Shown one piece after another: positions 19,048 to 28,797 of a stretch of DNA of 64,000 nucleotides (the stretch's first letter is position 1; each line of letters starts with the position of its first letter). Origin of the DNA: a virus; the IMG/VR virus record IMGVR_UViG_3300037427_004270. One strand, given 5' to 3'. A program made the position numbers and the translations under genes. The notes under the pieces were generated by a model that was not told the origin of the DNA, made no database searches, and saw only the letters and a list, made by a program, of their open reading frames with translations.

Positions 19048-22000
19048 TTATAAGTCTGATGCAAATGGGGATGGATACCATTCACCATTCTCACAGAAGT
19101 ACCATTTATTGACATTTCCAAATGTTTGTTGCGTAATCGCATCTGCACTTGCCCAGCTTGAGCCGGAGACAATATAGATCATCGAACCGTTGTATGCACC
19201 TGGAGCTGCTGCCATTGTGTCCAAAACATTAACATCAGAAGCGTTGTCCTGACGGAAGTGTGTAAGACTCAAAAGACCAGTAACCGTAGTAACATCAGTT
19301 CTAGCATTACCAAGAGCTGAGTCACCCTGGACAGTCAATGTGCTTATCGTTGAGCCACTTGCATAAATGTGTGATGCTGACAAAGGAGCTGAAGTAAAAC
19401 TTACATTTCCTGTTGCGCCACCCAAAGATGCACTTGTTGTGAGGCCGAACTGAAAGCGGTCTGCTGACTCGTCCCAGATAAACAATGCGTCAACTGCTGT
19501 GCCTCTCTTCATGACAAGGCCAGTATCGTTGACGTTGGTCGCGCCATTGTCTGTATCACCACTACCACTGTTCAGCATAATCAAGTTATCGTAGAACGTT
19601 GTATTGGATGATGAGACATAAGTAACAGAGCCCTGTACAGTCAAGTTTCCACCAACAGTCAAGCCAGTGTTCAAAGACAAGGAGTCATCTGAAGCATTGT
19701 GCGTGATAGTTGTTGGGGAACCAGCACCGAAGCTAAGAACTGCGCCGTCACTTAACAATTTAAGGTCGTCACCAATAACAGCGTCTAATGCAACAGACAA
19801 ACCGCCGTCGGTCTGCAAAGAGCCGTCAGTTGTTGAAGTTGCGTTAGTTGTATCATCAGTCTTTAATACGCCAGAGAAAGTACCAGTAGTACCTGCAACT
19901 GTTGTAAACGTACCTGCCGCTGCAGAAGCTGCACCGATAACAGTGCCGTCAATCGCACCAGAGTCAATGTCAACGTTAGTTGAATTGTAGTTGGCATGAT
20001 CAACGTTTGAGCCCAACGTTCCAAGATTGGAAGTCGTTGCAGTCAAGGTTGTGACAGTTGCCGCTGCAGCACTTGCTGCACCGATGGTAGTACCGTCGAT
20101 TGCGCCACCGTTGATGTCAACAGTAGTCAAAGTAGACGTGCCAGTTGCAGTGATCGCATCAATGTAACCGTGGTCAATATGAGCTTCGGCCCACTGCTTT
20201 GCAGATGTACCCAAGTCGCTTGTGCTATCCAAAATAGGAATCAAGTCACTATCAAACTGACCAGTTACAGTAACGCTGTCTGTGGTAGCGTTACCTAAGT
20301 CAACGTCACCAGTTGCAGACAATGTTGTTGCAGTCAAAGCTTGAACAGCAGTTGTACCAGCGGAGACACTTAGGCCACCTTTGGTCACTGCCAAAGCATT
20401 GTTTGCAGTCAACGTGCTCTCAACGTGCATCGTGCCGCCGACTGACGCATTGCCAGAACCAGAGACAGTGCCCATAACAGTTAAGTTATTACCCAGGCTT
20501 GTTGCACCAGCAATTTGCAGTGTGCTAGAACCAGAGATGGTTGTAAACTTTGCAGTTGTTGCAGAGTTTGCACCGATAGCAGTACCGTCGATAGCACCAC
20601 CGTTGATGTCAACAGTAGTCAAAGTAGACGTGCCAGTTGCAGTGATCGCATCAATGTAACCGTGGTCAATATGAGCTTCGGCCCACTGCTTTGCAGTTGT
20701 ACCTAAGTCTCTCGCACTGTCAGTTGATGGAATCAAATCACTATCAAATTGTCCTGTTGCGGTGATGGTGTCCGTGGTTGCGTTACCTAAGTCAACGTCA
20801 CCAGTTGCAGACAAGGTTGTTACAGTTGCTGCTGCTGCAGAGTTTGCACCAATAACAGCTCCATCAATAGCACCGGAGTCAATGTTGACGTTAGTCATTG
20901 CTTCATCAGAGAAGTTAACAGCACCAGCCTGCTCGTAAGCACCGAGCTTAGTAACAGTCAAAGTATTATTAACTTGATCAAAAGTAATACCACTATCGTA
21001 GTAAAGGTTTGCAGATGAAGCTGCAGAGGCAGAAACCAATGCGAACGTCAATGTATCACCCGCCTCAACGCCGTCAGTTTGAGCAACACTCGCACCTACG
21101 CCTGTCAAGTTGGAGCCGTCACCATGAAAGGTTTTGGCATGCATTGCGGAAGCAGACAGTGGAGCTGAGTCAAAAGCTAAGTTTCCAGTCTGAGTTCCTA
21201 ACGAGCCCGACTTTAATGTTGCAATTTGGAAACGGTCTGCTGACTCGTCCCAGAACATTGCTGCATCAGTTGCCGCGCCGCGCTTCATGATGAGGCCAAT
21301 ATCATTGATGTTGGTCGCACCATTATCTGCATCACTACTGCCACTGTTCAAGACAATCAAGCTGTCATTAAGAACAGTGTTGGAAGAAGACACATAAGTT
21401 ACAGAGCCTTGCACAGTTAAGCTTCCGCCAACAGTCAAGCCAGTGTTCAAAGACAAGGAGTCATCTGAAGCATTGTGCGTGATAGTTGTTGGGGAACCAG
21501 TACCGAAACTAAGAACTGCACCGTCACTTAACAACTTGAGGTCGTCACCAATAACAGCGTCTAGCGCAACAGACAAACCACCGTCGGTCTGCAAAGAGCC
21601 GTCAGTTGTTGAAGTTGCATTAGTTGTGTCGTCAGTCTTCAAGATACCAGAGAAAGTACCTGTAGTACCTGCAACTGTTGTAAACGTACCTGCTGCTGCA
21701 CTTGCTGCACCGATGATAGTACCGTCGATAGCGCCAGAGTCAATGTCAACGTTAGTTGAATTGTAGTTAGCGTGATCAACGTTTGAGCCCAACGTTCCAA
21801 GATTGGAAGTCGTTGCAGTCAAGGTTGTGACAGTTGCCGCTGCTGCAGAAGCTGCACCGATGGTAGTACCGTCGATAGCACCACCGTTGATGTCAACAGT
21901 AGTCAACGTGGACGTGCCAGTTGCTGTGATGTCATCAATGTAACCATGATCAACATGAGCTTCTGCCCATTGCTTGGCAGATGTACCCAAGTCTCTTGCA

Positions 22001-25000
22001 CTGTCGGTTGATGGGATCAAGTCGCTATCAAACTGACCAGTCACAGTAACTGTGTCTGTGGTAGCATTACCCAAGTCAACGTCACCAGTAGCAGACAACG
22101 TTGTTGCAGTCAAAGCTTGTACAGCAGTTGTGCCAGCAGAAACCGTTAAGCCTCCCTTGGTCACTGCCAAAGCGTTGTTTGCAGTCAATGTGCTTTCAAC
22201 ATGCATTGTGCCACCAACTGATGCATTGCCAGAACCAGAAACAGTTCCCTTGACAGTTAGGTTGTTACCTAAGCTAGTTGCACCAGCGATGCCTAGAGTA
22301 CCAGAACCAGAAAGGTTGGTACCAGTCAAAGCTGCGAATGTACCTGCTGCTGCAGAGTTTGCACCGATGATAGTGCCGTCGATAGCGCCAGAGTCAATGT
22401 CAACGTTAGTTGAATTGTAGTTAGCGTGATCAACGTTTGAGCCCAACGTTCCAAGATTGGAAGTCGTTGCAGTCAAGGTTGTGACAGTAGCTGCAGCAGC
22501 ACTTGCTGCACCGATGGTAGTACCGTCGATAGCACCGCCATTAATGTCAACAGTAGTCAACGTGGACGTGCCAGTTGCTGTGATGTCATCAATGTAACCA
22601 TGATCAACATGAGCTTCAGCAAACTGCAAAGCAGATGTACCCAAGTCTCTTGCACTGTCGGTTGATGGAACAATGTCGCTGTCAAAGCGGCCTGTTGCAG
22701 TGATCGTATCAGAGGTAGCGTTACCTAAGTCAACGTCACCAGTTGCAGACAAAGCTGCGACAGTAGTTGAACCAGCAGAGACAACCAAGTTGCCGAGAGT
22801 AACAGTCAAGTTACCTGCTTCAACCTCTACGTTGTCTTCAACAGTCATGGTTGATCCGAATGCTGCGCCACCTTGTACAGACAAAGTGCCAGAGCCGGAC
22901 ATGTTACCAGCAACATTAAGTGTGCCAGAGCCAGACATGTTGCCTTCAACAGACAAGTTATTACCCAAGCTTGTTGCACCTGCAATTTGTAATGTGCTAG
23001 AGCCAGAGATGGTTGTAAACTTCGCAGTTGTTGCAGAGTTCGCACCGATAGCAGTACCGTCGATAGCACCAGAGTCAATGTTAACATTGGTCATAGCTTC
23101 GTCGGAAAAGTTAACAGCACCAGCCTGCTCGTAAGCACCAAGCTTAGTTGTAGTCAAGGTGTTTGTATTATTGTTGTACAGAAGTTGTCCGTCAGTCAAA
23201 ATACTTGCACCAGAGCCTGCTGCGGTAGTACTACCAAGAAGGTAAACAGTCGCATCATTATCACCACCATCAGCGGTAGTAATTGTGTCTGCGGAGATAC
23301 CTGTCAAGTTAGAACCGTCACCAGTAAAGAACTGTGCATGTACATGGGAAGCAGACAGTGGAGCTGAGTCAAAGCTCAAGTTTCCAGTCTGAGTTCCTAA
23401 CGAGCCCGACTTTAATGTTGCAATTTGGAAACGGTCTGCTGACTCGTCCCAGAACATTGCTGCATCAGTTGCTGCTCCACGCTTCATGATAAGACCAACA
23501 TCGTTGATGTTAGTTGCGCCGTTATCTGAATCACTACTACCACTGTTCAAGACAATCAAGCTGTCATTGAGTACAGTGTTAGAAGAAGAAACATAAGTCA
23601 CAGAACCTTGTACGGTTAAGCTTCCACCAACAGTCAAACCAGTGTTCAGAGATAATGAATCATCTGAAGCGTTGTGTGTAATAGTTGTTGGAGAACCAGT
23701 ACCGAAACTAAGAACTGCACCGTCACTTAACAACTTGAGGTCATTCCCGAGAACTGCATCTTTAACAACAGATAGGCCACCATCGGTCTGCAAAGAACCG
23801 TCGGTAGTAGTAGTTGCTTCAGTTGTGTCATCAGTCTTTAAGACGCCAGAGTAAGTACCTGTCGTACCCGCAACTGTTGTAAACGTACCTGCCGCTGCAG
23901 AGGCTGCACCGATAACAGTGCCGTCAATCGCACCAGAGTCAATGTCAACGTTAGTTGAATTGTAGTTGGCATGATCAACGTTTGAGCCCAACGTTCCAAG
24001 ATTGGAAGTCGTTGCAGTCAAGGTTGTGACAGTTGCCGCTGCTGCAGAAGCTGCACCGATAACAGTGCCGTCAATCGCACCAGAGTCAATGTCAACGTTA
24101 GTTGAATTGTAGTTGGCATGATCAACGTTTGAACCCAACGTTCCAAGGTTGGAAGTCGTTGCAGTCAATGTTGTGACAGTTGCCGCTGCAGCACTTGCTG
24201 CACCGATGGTAGTACCATCAATCGCGCCGCCATTAATGTCAACAGTGGTCAACGTGGACGTGCCAGTTGCAGTGATTGCATCAATGTAACCATGATCAAC
24301 GTGAGCTTCGGCCCACTGCTTTGCAGATGTACCCAAGTCGCTTGTGCTATCTAAAATAGGAATCAAGTCACTATCAAACTGACCAGTTACAGTAACGCTG
24401 TCTGTGGTAGCATTACCTAAGTCAACATCGCCCGTAGCAGACAAAGCTGCGACAGTAGTTGAACCAGCAGAGACAACCAAGTTGCCGAGAGTAACTGTTA
24501 AGTTACCTGCTTCAACTTCTACATTATCTTCAACAGTCAGGGTTGAACCCAAAGCTGCAGCACCTTGTACAGACAAAGTACCAGAACCAGACATGTTGCC
24601 AGCAATATTCATGTTGCCAGAACCAGAGATAGCCCCTTCGACTGACAAGTTGTTACCCAAGCTTGTTGCACCTGCAATTTGCAATGTGCTAGAGCCAGAG
24701 ATGGTTGTAAACTTTGCAGTTGTTGCAGAGTTTGCACCGATGGCAGTACCATCAATCGCGCCGCCATTGATGTCAACAGTAGTCAACGTGGATGTACCAG
24801 TTGCAGTGATTGCATCAATATAGCCATGATCAATGTGAGCTTCGGCCCACTGCTTTGCAGTTGTACCCAAGTCTCTTGCACTGTCAGTTGACGGAATCAA
24901 GTCACTATCGAACTGGCCAGTTACAGTAACTGTATCAGAAGTAGCATTACCCAAGTCAACGTCACCAGTTGCAGACAAAGCTGCGACAGTGGTTGAGCCA

Positions 25001-27945
25001 GCAGAGACGACCAAGTTACCGAGAGTAACAGTCAAGTTACCCGCTTCAACTTCTACATTATCTTCAACAGTTAAGGTAGAACCCAAAGCTGCGCCGCCTT
25101 GTACAGACAAGGTGCCTGAACCAGACATGTTACCAGCTACGTTAAGAGTTCCTGATCCGGAAATATTTCCTTCAACAGAAAGGTTGTTACCCAAGCTTGT
25201 TGCACCTGCAATCTGCAATGTACTAGAGCCAGAGATGGTTGTAAACTTTGCAGTTGTTGCAGAGTTCGCACCGATGGCGGTACCATCAATAGCGCCGGAG
25301 TCAATGTTGACGTTGGTCATTGCTTCATCAGAGAAGTCAACCGCGCCAGCTTGCTCATAAGCACCAAGCTTAGTTGTAGTCAAGGTATTCGTATTGTTGT
25401 TATATACGAGCTGCCCGTCAGTCAAGATACTTGCACCAGCGCCTGCTGCAGTGGTACTACCAAGAAGGTAAACAGTCGCATCGTTATCGCCACCGTCAGC
25501 GGTAGTAATTGTGTCTGCGGAAATACCTGTCAAGCTAGAACCGTCGCCATGGAATGTCTGAGCATGCATTTGAGAAGCAGACAATGGAGCTGAGTCAAAA
25601 GCTAAGTTTCCAGTCTGAGTTCCTAACGAGCCCGACTTTAATGTTGCAATTTGGAAACGGTCTGCTGACTCGTCCCAGAACATTGCTGCATCAGTTGCCG
25701 CGCCGCGCTTCATGATGAGGCCAATATCATTGATGTTGGTCGCACCATTATCTGCGTCACTACTGCCACTATTCAAGACAATCAAGCTGTCATTAAGAAC
25801 AGTGTTAGAAGAAGACACATAAGTTACAGAACCTTGTACGGTCAAGCTTCCGCCAACAGTCAAGCCAGTGTTCAGAGACAAAGAGTCATCTGAAGCATTA
25901 TGCGTGATAGTTGTTGGTGAACCTGTACCGAAGCTAAGAACTGCGCCGTCACTTAACAACTTGAGGTCGTCACCGATAACAGCATCTAATGCAACAGATA
26001 AACCACCGTCGGTCTGCAAAGAGCCGTCAGTTGTTGAGGTTGCGTTAGTTGTGTCATCAGTCTTCAAGATGCCAGAGAAAGTACCAGTAGTACCTGCAAC
26101 AGTTGTGAATGTACCTGCTGCTGCACTTGCTGCACCAATGGTAGTACCATCAATCGCACCAGAGTCAATGTCAACGTTAGTTGAATTGTAGTTAGCGTGA
26201 TCAACGTTTGAACCCAACGTTCCAAGATTGGAAGTCGTTGCAGTCAAGGTTGTGACAGTTGCCGCTGCAGCACTTGCTGCACCGATGGTAGTACCGTCGA
26301 TAGCACCGCCATTAATGTCAACAGTGGTCAGCGTGGACGTGCCAGTTGCTGTGATGTCATCAATGTAACCATGATCAACATGAGCTTCAGCAAACTGCAA
26401 AGCAGATGTACCCAAGTCTCTTGCACTATCAGTTGATGGAACAATGTCGCTGTCAAAGCGGCCTGTTGCAGTGATCGTATCAGAGGTAGCGTTACCTAAG
26501 TCAACGTCACCAGTTGCAGACAATGTTGTTGCAGTCAAAGCTTGAACAGCAGTTGTACCAGCGGAGACAGTCAAGCCACCTTTGGTAACAGCCATAGCAT
26601 TGTTCGCAGTCAACGTGCTCTCAACGTGCATCGTGCCGCCGACTGACGCATTGCCAGAACCAGAGACAGTGCCCATAACAGTTAAGTTACTACCCAAGCT
26701 TGTTGCACCAGCAATTTGCAGTGTGCTAGAGCCAGAGATGGTTGTAAACTTTGCAGTTGTTGCAGAGTTTGCACCGATAGCAGTACCATCAATTGCACCA
26801 CCGTTGATGTCAACAGTAGTCAATGTGGACGTGCCAGTTGCAGTGATTGCATCAATGTAACCGTGATCAACATGAGCTTCGGCCCACTGCTTTGCAGATG
26901 TACCTAAGTCTCTTGCACTATCAGTTGATGGCACCAAGTCACTATCAAATTGGCCTGTTGCCGTGATAGTGTCTGTGGTAGCATTACCCAAGTCAACGTC
27001 ACCAGTTGCAGACAATGTTGTCACAGTTGCCGCAGCAGGAGTTGTCCCACCAAGGACTGCATCAACAGTACCACCGTTAATATCGGCAGTAGTTGCAACC
27101 AAGCTAGCTGCAGTAGTTACACCAGCAGCACTAACGCTAAGCTTATCAGTACCGTCTGTTTGCTCAACATTAAACAATTGAGCTGTTTGGCTACCAACGC
27201 CTTTAACATTCAAAGTGATCTCGTCAGTAGTGTCACCGGTGATTGTGGCACCAGCAGCAACGACCAGTTGATCATTTGCAGTCAAAGTTGTGAATGTACC
27301 AGCAGCAGGAGTTGCTGCACCAACAGTTGTACCATCAATTGCGCCGCCGTTGATGTCAACAGTAGTCAAGGTAGACGTGCCAGTCGCAGTGATGTTATCA
27401 ATGTGACCAGTGTCAATATGAGCTTCGGCAAACTGTAAAGCAGATGTACCTAAGTCTCTTGCACTATCGGTTGATGGAACAATGTCACTGTCAAAGCGAC
27501 CTGTTGCGGTGATGGTGTCAGAGGTAGCATTACCTAAGTCAACATCGCCTGTAGCAGAAATATTCACAGTTCTAAACGTAGAACTTGCTGGGTTATATGA
27601 AATAGAACCCGAATGAATATACTGAGTTTCAGAGCCGCCAGAGGCAGAGACAAACGTTAAATGTAAATAATTGTCTGTGTCTGCTGGGCTAGTAGAAGCA
27701 TTTTCCACTGAGCCTCCAACGCCTGATAAATTAGAACCGTTACCATAAAAATATGATGCCGATATCTTTCCGCTAGCAGACAATGATAAGCCTGTAGCGT
27801 TGTTGTCTCCGCCTGCAGCGGAAGACGAAATAGTTAATGAGCCACTAAAATAGTGAGCACCATTATCCAGAGAACGAAATTTGGTGTCTTTCCAATTCGC
27901 TCCAGAGCCGGATATAACGGCTATACCTCTTGGATCAATAGGCAT
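19048..27945 (-). CDS. Giant repetitive fibre/decoration protein (2965 aa)
   Basis: T/G/A/S/D-rich; built from shuffled modules (9x GDVDLGNAT..., 4x LKTDDTT...FWDESADRFQ); ends in the shared WYFCENGEWYPSPF module. Confidence 0.85.
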   Translation of the reverse strand: MPIDPRGIAVISGSGANWKDTKFRSLDNGAHYFSGSLTISSSAAGGDNNATGLSLSASGKISASYFYGNGSNLSGVGGSVENASTSPADTDNYLHLTFVSASGGSETQYIHSGSISYNPASSTFRTVNISATGDVDLGNATSDTITATGRFDSDIVPSTDSARDLGTSALQFAEAHIDTGHIDNITATGTSTLTTVDINGGAIDGTTVGAATPAAGTFTTLTANDQLVVAAGATITGDTTDEITLNVKGVGSQTAQLFNVEQTDGTDKLSVSAAGVTTAASLVATTADINGGTVDAVLGGTTPAAATVTTLSATGDVDLGNATTDTITATGQFDSDLVPSTDSARDLGTSAKQWAEAHVDHGYIDAITATGTSTLTTVDINGGAIDGTAIGANSATTAKFTTISGSSTLQIAGATSLGSNLTVMGTVSGSGNASVGGTMHVESTLTANNAMAVTKGGLTVSAGTTAVQALTATTLSATGDVDLGNATSDTITATGRFDSDIVPSTDSARDLGTSALQFAEAHVDHGYIDDITATGTSTLTTVDINGGAIDGTTIGAASAAAATVTTLTATTSNLGTLGSNVDHANYNSTNVDIDSGAIDGTTIGAASAAAGTFTTVAGTTGTFSGILKTDDTTNATSTTDGSLQTDGGLSVALDAVIGDDLKLLSDGAVLSFGTGSPTTITHNASDDSLSLNTGLTVGGSLTVQGSVTYVSSSNTVLNDSLIVLNSGSSDADNGATNINDIGLIMKRGAATDAAMFWDESADRFQIATLKSGSLGTQTGNLAFDSAPLSASQMHAQTFHGDGSSLTGISADTITTADGGDNDATVYLLGSTTAAGAGASILTDGQLVYNNNTNTLTTTKLGAYEQAGAVDFSDEAMTNVNIDSGAIDGTAIGANSATTAKFTTISGSSTLQIAGATSLGNNLSVEGNISGSGTLNVAGNMSGSGTLSVQGGAALGSTLTVEDNVEVEAGNLTVTLGNLVVSAGSTTVAALSATGDVDLGNATSDTVTVTGQFDSDLIPSTDSARDLGTTAKQWAEAHIDHGYIDAITATGTSTLTTVDINGGAIDGTAIGANSATTAKFTTISGSSTLQIAGATSLGNNLSVEGAISGSGNMNIAGNMSGSGTLSVQGAAALGSTLTVEDNVEVEAGNLTVTLGNLVVSAGSTTVAALSATGDVDLGNATTDSVTVTGQFDSDLIPILDSTSDLGTSAKQWAEAHVDHGYIDAITATGTSTLTTVDINGGAIDGTTIGAASAAAATVTTLTATTSNLGTLGSNVDHANYNSTNVDIDSGAIDGTVIGAASAAAATVTTLTATTSNLGTLGSNVDHANYNSTNVDIDSGAIDGTVIGAASAAAGTFTTVAGTTGTYSGVLKTDDTTEATTTTDGSLQTDGGLSVVKDAVLGNDLKLLSDGAVLSFGTGSPTTITHNASDDSLSLNTGLTVGGSLTVQGSVTYVSSSNTVLNDSLIVLNSGSSDSDNGATNINDVGLIMKRGAATDAAMFWDESADRFQIATLKSGSLGTQTGNLSFDSAPLSASHVHAQFFTGDGSNLTGISADTITTADGGDNDATVYLLGSTTAAGSGASILTDGQLLYNNNTNTLTTTKLGAYEQAGAVNFSDEAMTNVNIDSGAIDGTAIGANSATTAKFTTISGSSTLQIAGATSLGNNLSVEGNMSGSGTLNVAGNMSGSGTLSVQGGAAFGSTMTVEDNVEVEAGNLTVTLGNLVVSAGSTTVAALSATGDVDLGNATSDTITATGRFDSDIVPSTDSARDLGTSALQFAEAHVDHGYIDDITATGTSTLTTVDINGGAIDGTTIGAASAAAATVTTLTATTSNLGTLGSNVDHANYNSTNVDIDSGAIDGTIIGANSAAAGTFAALTGTNLSGSGTLGIAGATSLGNNLTVKGTVSGSGNASVGGTMHVESTLTANNALAVTKGGLTVSAGTTAVQALTATTLSATGDVDLGNATTDTVTVTGQFDSDLIPSTDSARDLGTSAKQWAEAHVDHGYIDDITATGTSTLTTVDINGGAIDGTTIGAASAAAATVTTLTATTSNLGTLGSNVDHANYNSTNVDIDSGAIDGTIIGAASAAAGTFTTVAGTTGTFSGILKTDDTTNATSTTDGSLQTDGGLSVALDAVIGDDLKLLSDGAVLSFGTGSPTTITHNASDDSLSLNTGLTVGGSLTVQGSVTYVSSSNTVLNDSLIVLNSGSSDADNGATNINDIGLIMKRGAATDAAMFWDESADRFQIATLKSGSLGTQTGNLAFDSAPLSASAMHAKTFHGDGSNLTGVGASVAQTDGVEAGDTLTFALVSASAASSANLYYDSGITFDQVNNTLTVTKLGAYEQAGAVNFSDEAMTNVNIDSGAIDGAVIGANSAAAATVTTLSATGDVDLGNATTDTITATGQFDSDLIPSTDSARDLGTTAKQWAEAHIDHGYIDAITATGTSTLTTVDINGGAIDGTAIGANSATTAKFTTISGSSTLQIAGATSLGNNLTVMGTVSGSGNASVGGTMHVESTLTANNALAVTKGGLSVSAGTTAVQALTATTLSATGDVDLGNATTDSVTVTGQFDSDLIPILDSTSDLGTSAKQWAEAHIDHGYIDAITATGTSTLTTVDINGGAIDGTTIGAASAAAATVTTLTATTSNLGTLGSNVDHANYNSTNVDIDSGAIDGTVIGAASAAAGTFTTVAGTTGTFSGVLKTDDTTNATSTTDGSLQTDGGLSVALDAVIGDDLKLLSDGAVLSFGAGSPTTITHNASDDSLSLNTGLTVGGNLTVQGSVTYVSSSNTTFYDNLIMLNSGSGDTDNGATNVNDTGLVMKRGTAVDALFIWDESADRFQFGLTTSASLGGATGNVSFTSAPLSASHIYASGSTISTLTVQGDSALGNARTDVTTVTGLLSLTHFRQDNASDVNVLDTMAAAPGAYNGSMIYIVSGSSWASADAITQQTFGNVNKWYFCENGEWYPSPFASDL
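19400..27560. repeat. Dispersed near-identical intragenic repeat modules within the giant fibre gene
   Basis: Long nucleotide blocks such as AAGTCAACGTCACCAGT(T/A)GCAGACAA and TGCAAAGA(G/A)CCGTC recur many times; differences are mostly at synonymous positions. Confidence 0.9.
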
Positions 27946-27958
27946 ATTTTTTCCCTCC

Positions 27959-27982
27959 TTCTTCGTCGAATATCACGAAGAA
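27959..27982 (-). promoter_or_regulatory. 5' UTR hairpin abutting the SD of the 2965-aa gene
   Basis: mRNA UUCUUCGU-GAUAUUCG-ACGAAGAA directly followed by GGAGGG-AAAAAAU-AUG. Confidence 0.65.
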
Positions 27983-28015
27983 ATAAATTAAAAGTTTACT
28001 AATGTTTCCCATCTA

Positions 28016-28453
28016 TTAACTTAGATGAAAGAACATGTCAGGTACCCACGCACTATTGCGCGAAAAATACCATTTGTGGCCTTGCGAGAAAGCCTGAGCT
28101 GCGTCATTGCTGACTGCGACAGAACCTCCATTGGCAATTGCACCTTTCGTAAGGCCAGTTGAATTTAGATATATAACGTGTCCATTGTAATCTTCTGGCG
28201 CTGCAGCCAGAGTATTTAAAATACCAATATCATTTTCAGAACCTGAAGCATATACTGGAATTCTAAAGACGCCATGAACCTTCGTCACATCGTTAACGTT
28301 GTTTGTCTTTCTACCTAACATCGTACTACCAGAGATGGCCAATGCTTTATTGGACCCTCCCGCAGAAATGATAGCCGAACCATCGTCCAAAAACCTATGG
28401 ACATTGGTCGGTGATGAACCGGTAGTGACTTGCAACCCTCTTCTTCCTACCAT
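28016..28453 (-). CDS. 145-aa protein made only of the N- and C-terminal modules shared with the 370-aa and 2965-aa proteins
   Basis: LQVTTGS..DDGS N-terminus and ILNTLAAAPEDYNG...KWYFSRNSAW C-terminus; strong GGAGGG RBS. Confidence 0.8.
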   Translation of the reverse strand: MVGRRGLQVTTGSSPTNVHRFLDDGSAIISAGGSNKALAISGSTMLGRKTNNVNDVTKVHGVFRIPVYASGSENDIGILNTLAAAPEDYNGHVIYLNSTGLTKGAIANGGSVAVSNDAAQAFSQGHKWYFSRNSAWVPDMFFHLS

Positions 28454-28467
28454 ATTATTTTCCCTCC

Positions 28468-28491
28468 TTCTTTGTCAAATATCACAAAGAA
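28468..28491 (-). promoter_or_regulatory. 5' UTR hairpin abutting the SD of the 145-aa gene (covarying copy of 27959-27982)
   Basis: mRNA UUCUUUGU-GAUAUUUG-ACAAAGAA followed by GGAGGG-AAAAUAAU-AUG. Confidence 0.65.
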
Positions 28492-28745
28492 ATTAAAAGT
28501 TTCTTTTTTTACGAATGAGGCGTATATTAAAGGTGAGTTTCCGCAACAAGTATATAAAATTGGCAACTCTTACCTCCCGAAAAAGGTTTCTTAATAAAAC
28601 GCCCTTCTTCACAAGCATCCCTTCTCAAACGTGGGGCTTGATATTAGTATTTAGTGAGAAAAGTGTGGTTTATTGCCTGTTTGCTTCAAGTTCTCTGAAA
28701 AAAGTTCCTGCACGTTTTTTATCAAATATTTTATGCAGATCCAAT

Positions 28746-28769
28746 AAAAAACCCGGCGCGGGGCCGGGT
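28746..28769 (-). terminator. Intrinsic terminator after the four-paralog cluster
   Basis: Minus strand ACCCGGC-CCCGC-GCCGGGT followed by TTTTT. Confidence 0.8.
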
Positions 28770-28797
28770 CTTGAAAGTATGTTGTGCGAGCGTGTTA

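Noticed and set aside
19667-27438. Families of near-identical plus-strand ORFs (e.g. MFKDKESSEAL..., MVTAKALFAV...)
   Set aside because: They are antisense shadows of the repeat modules of the 2965-aa gene; their similarity follows from the sense-strand repeats.
19400-27560. CRISPR array
   Set aside because: The repeats are long, in-frame coding modules without unique equal-length spacers, and no cas genes are present.
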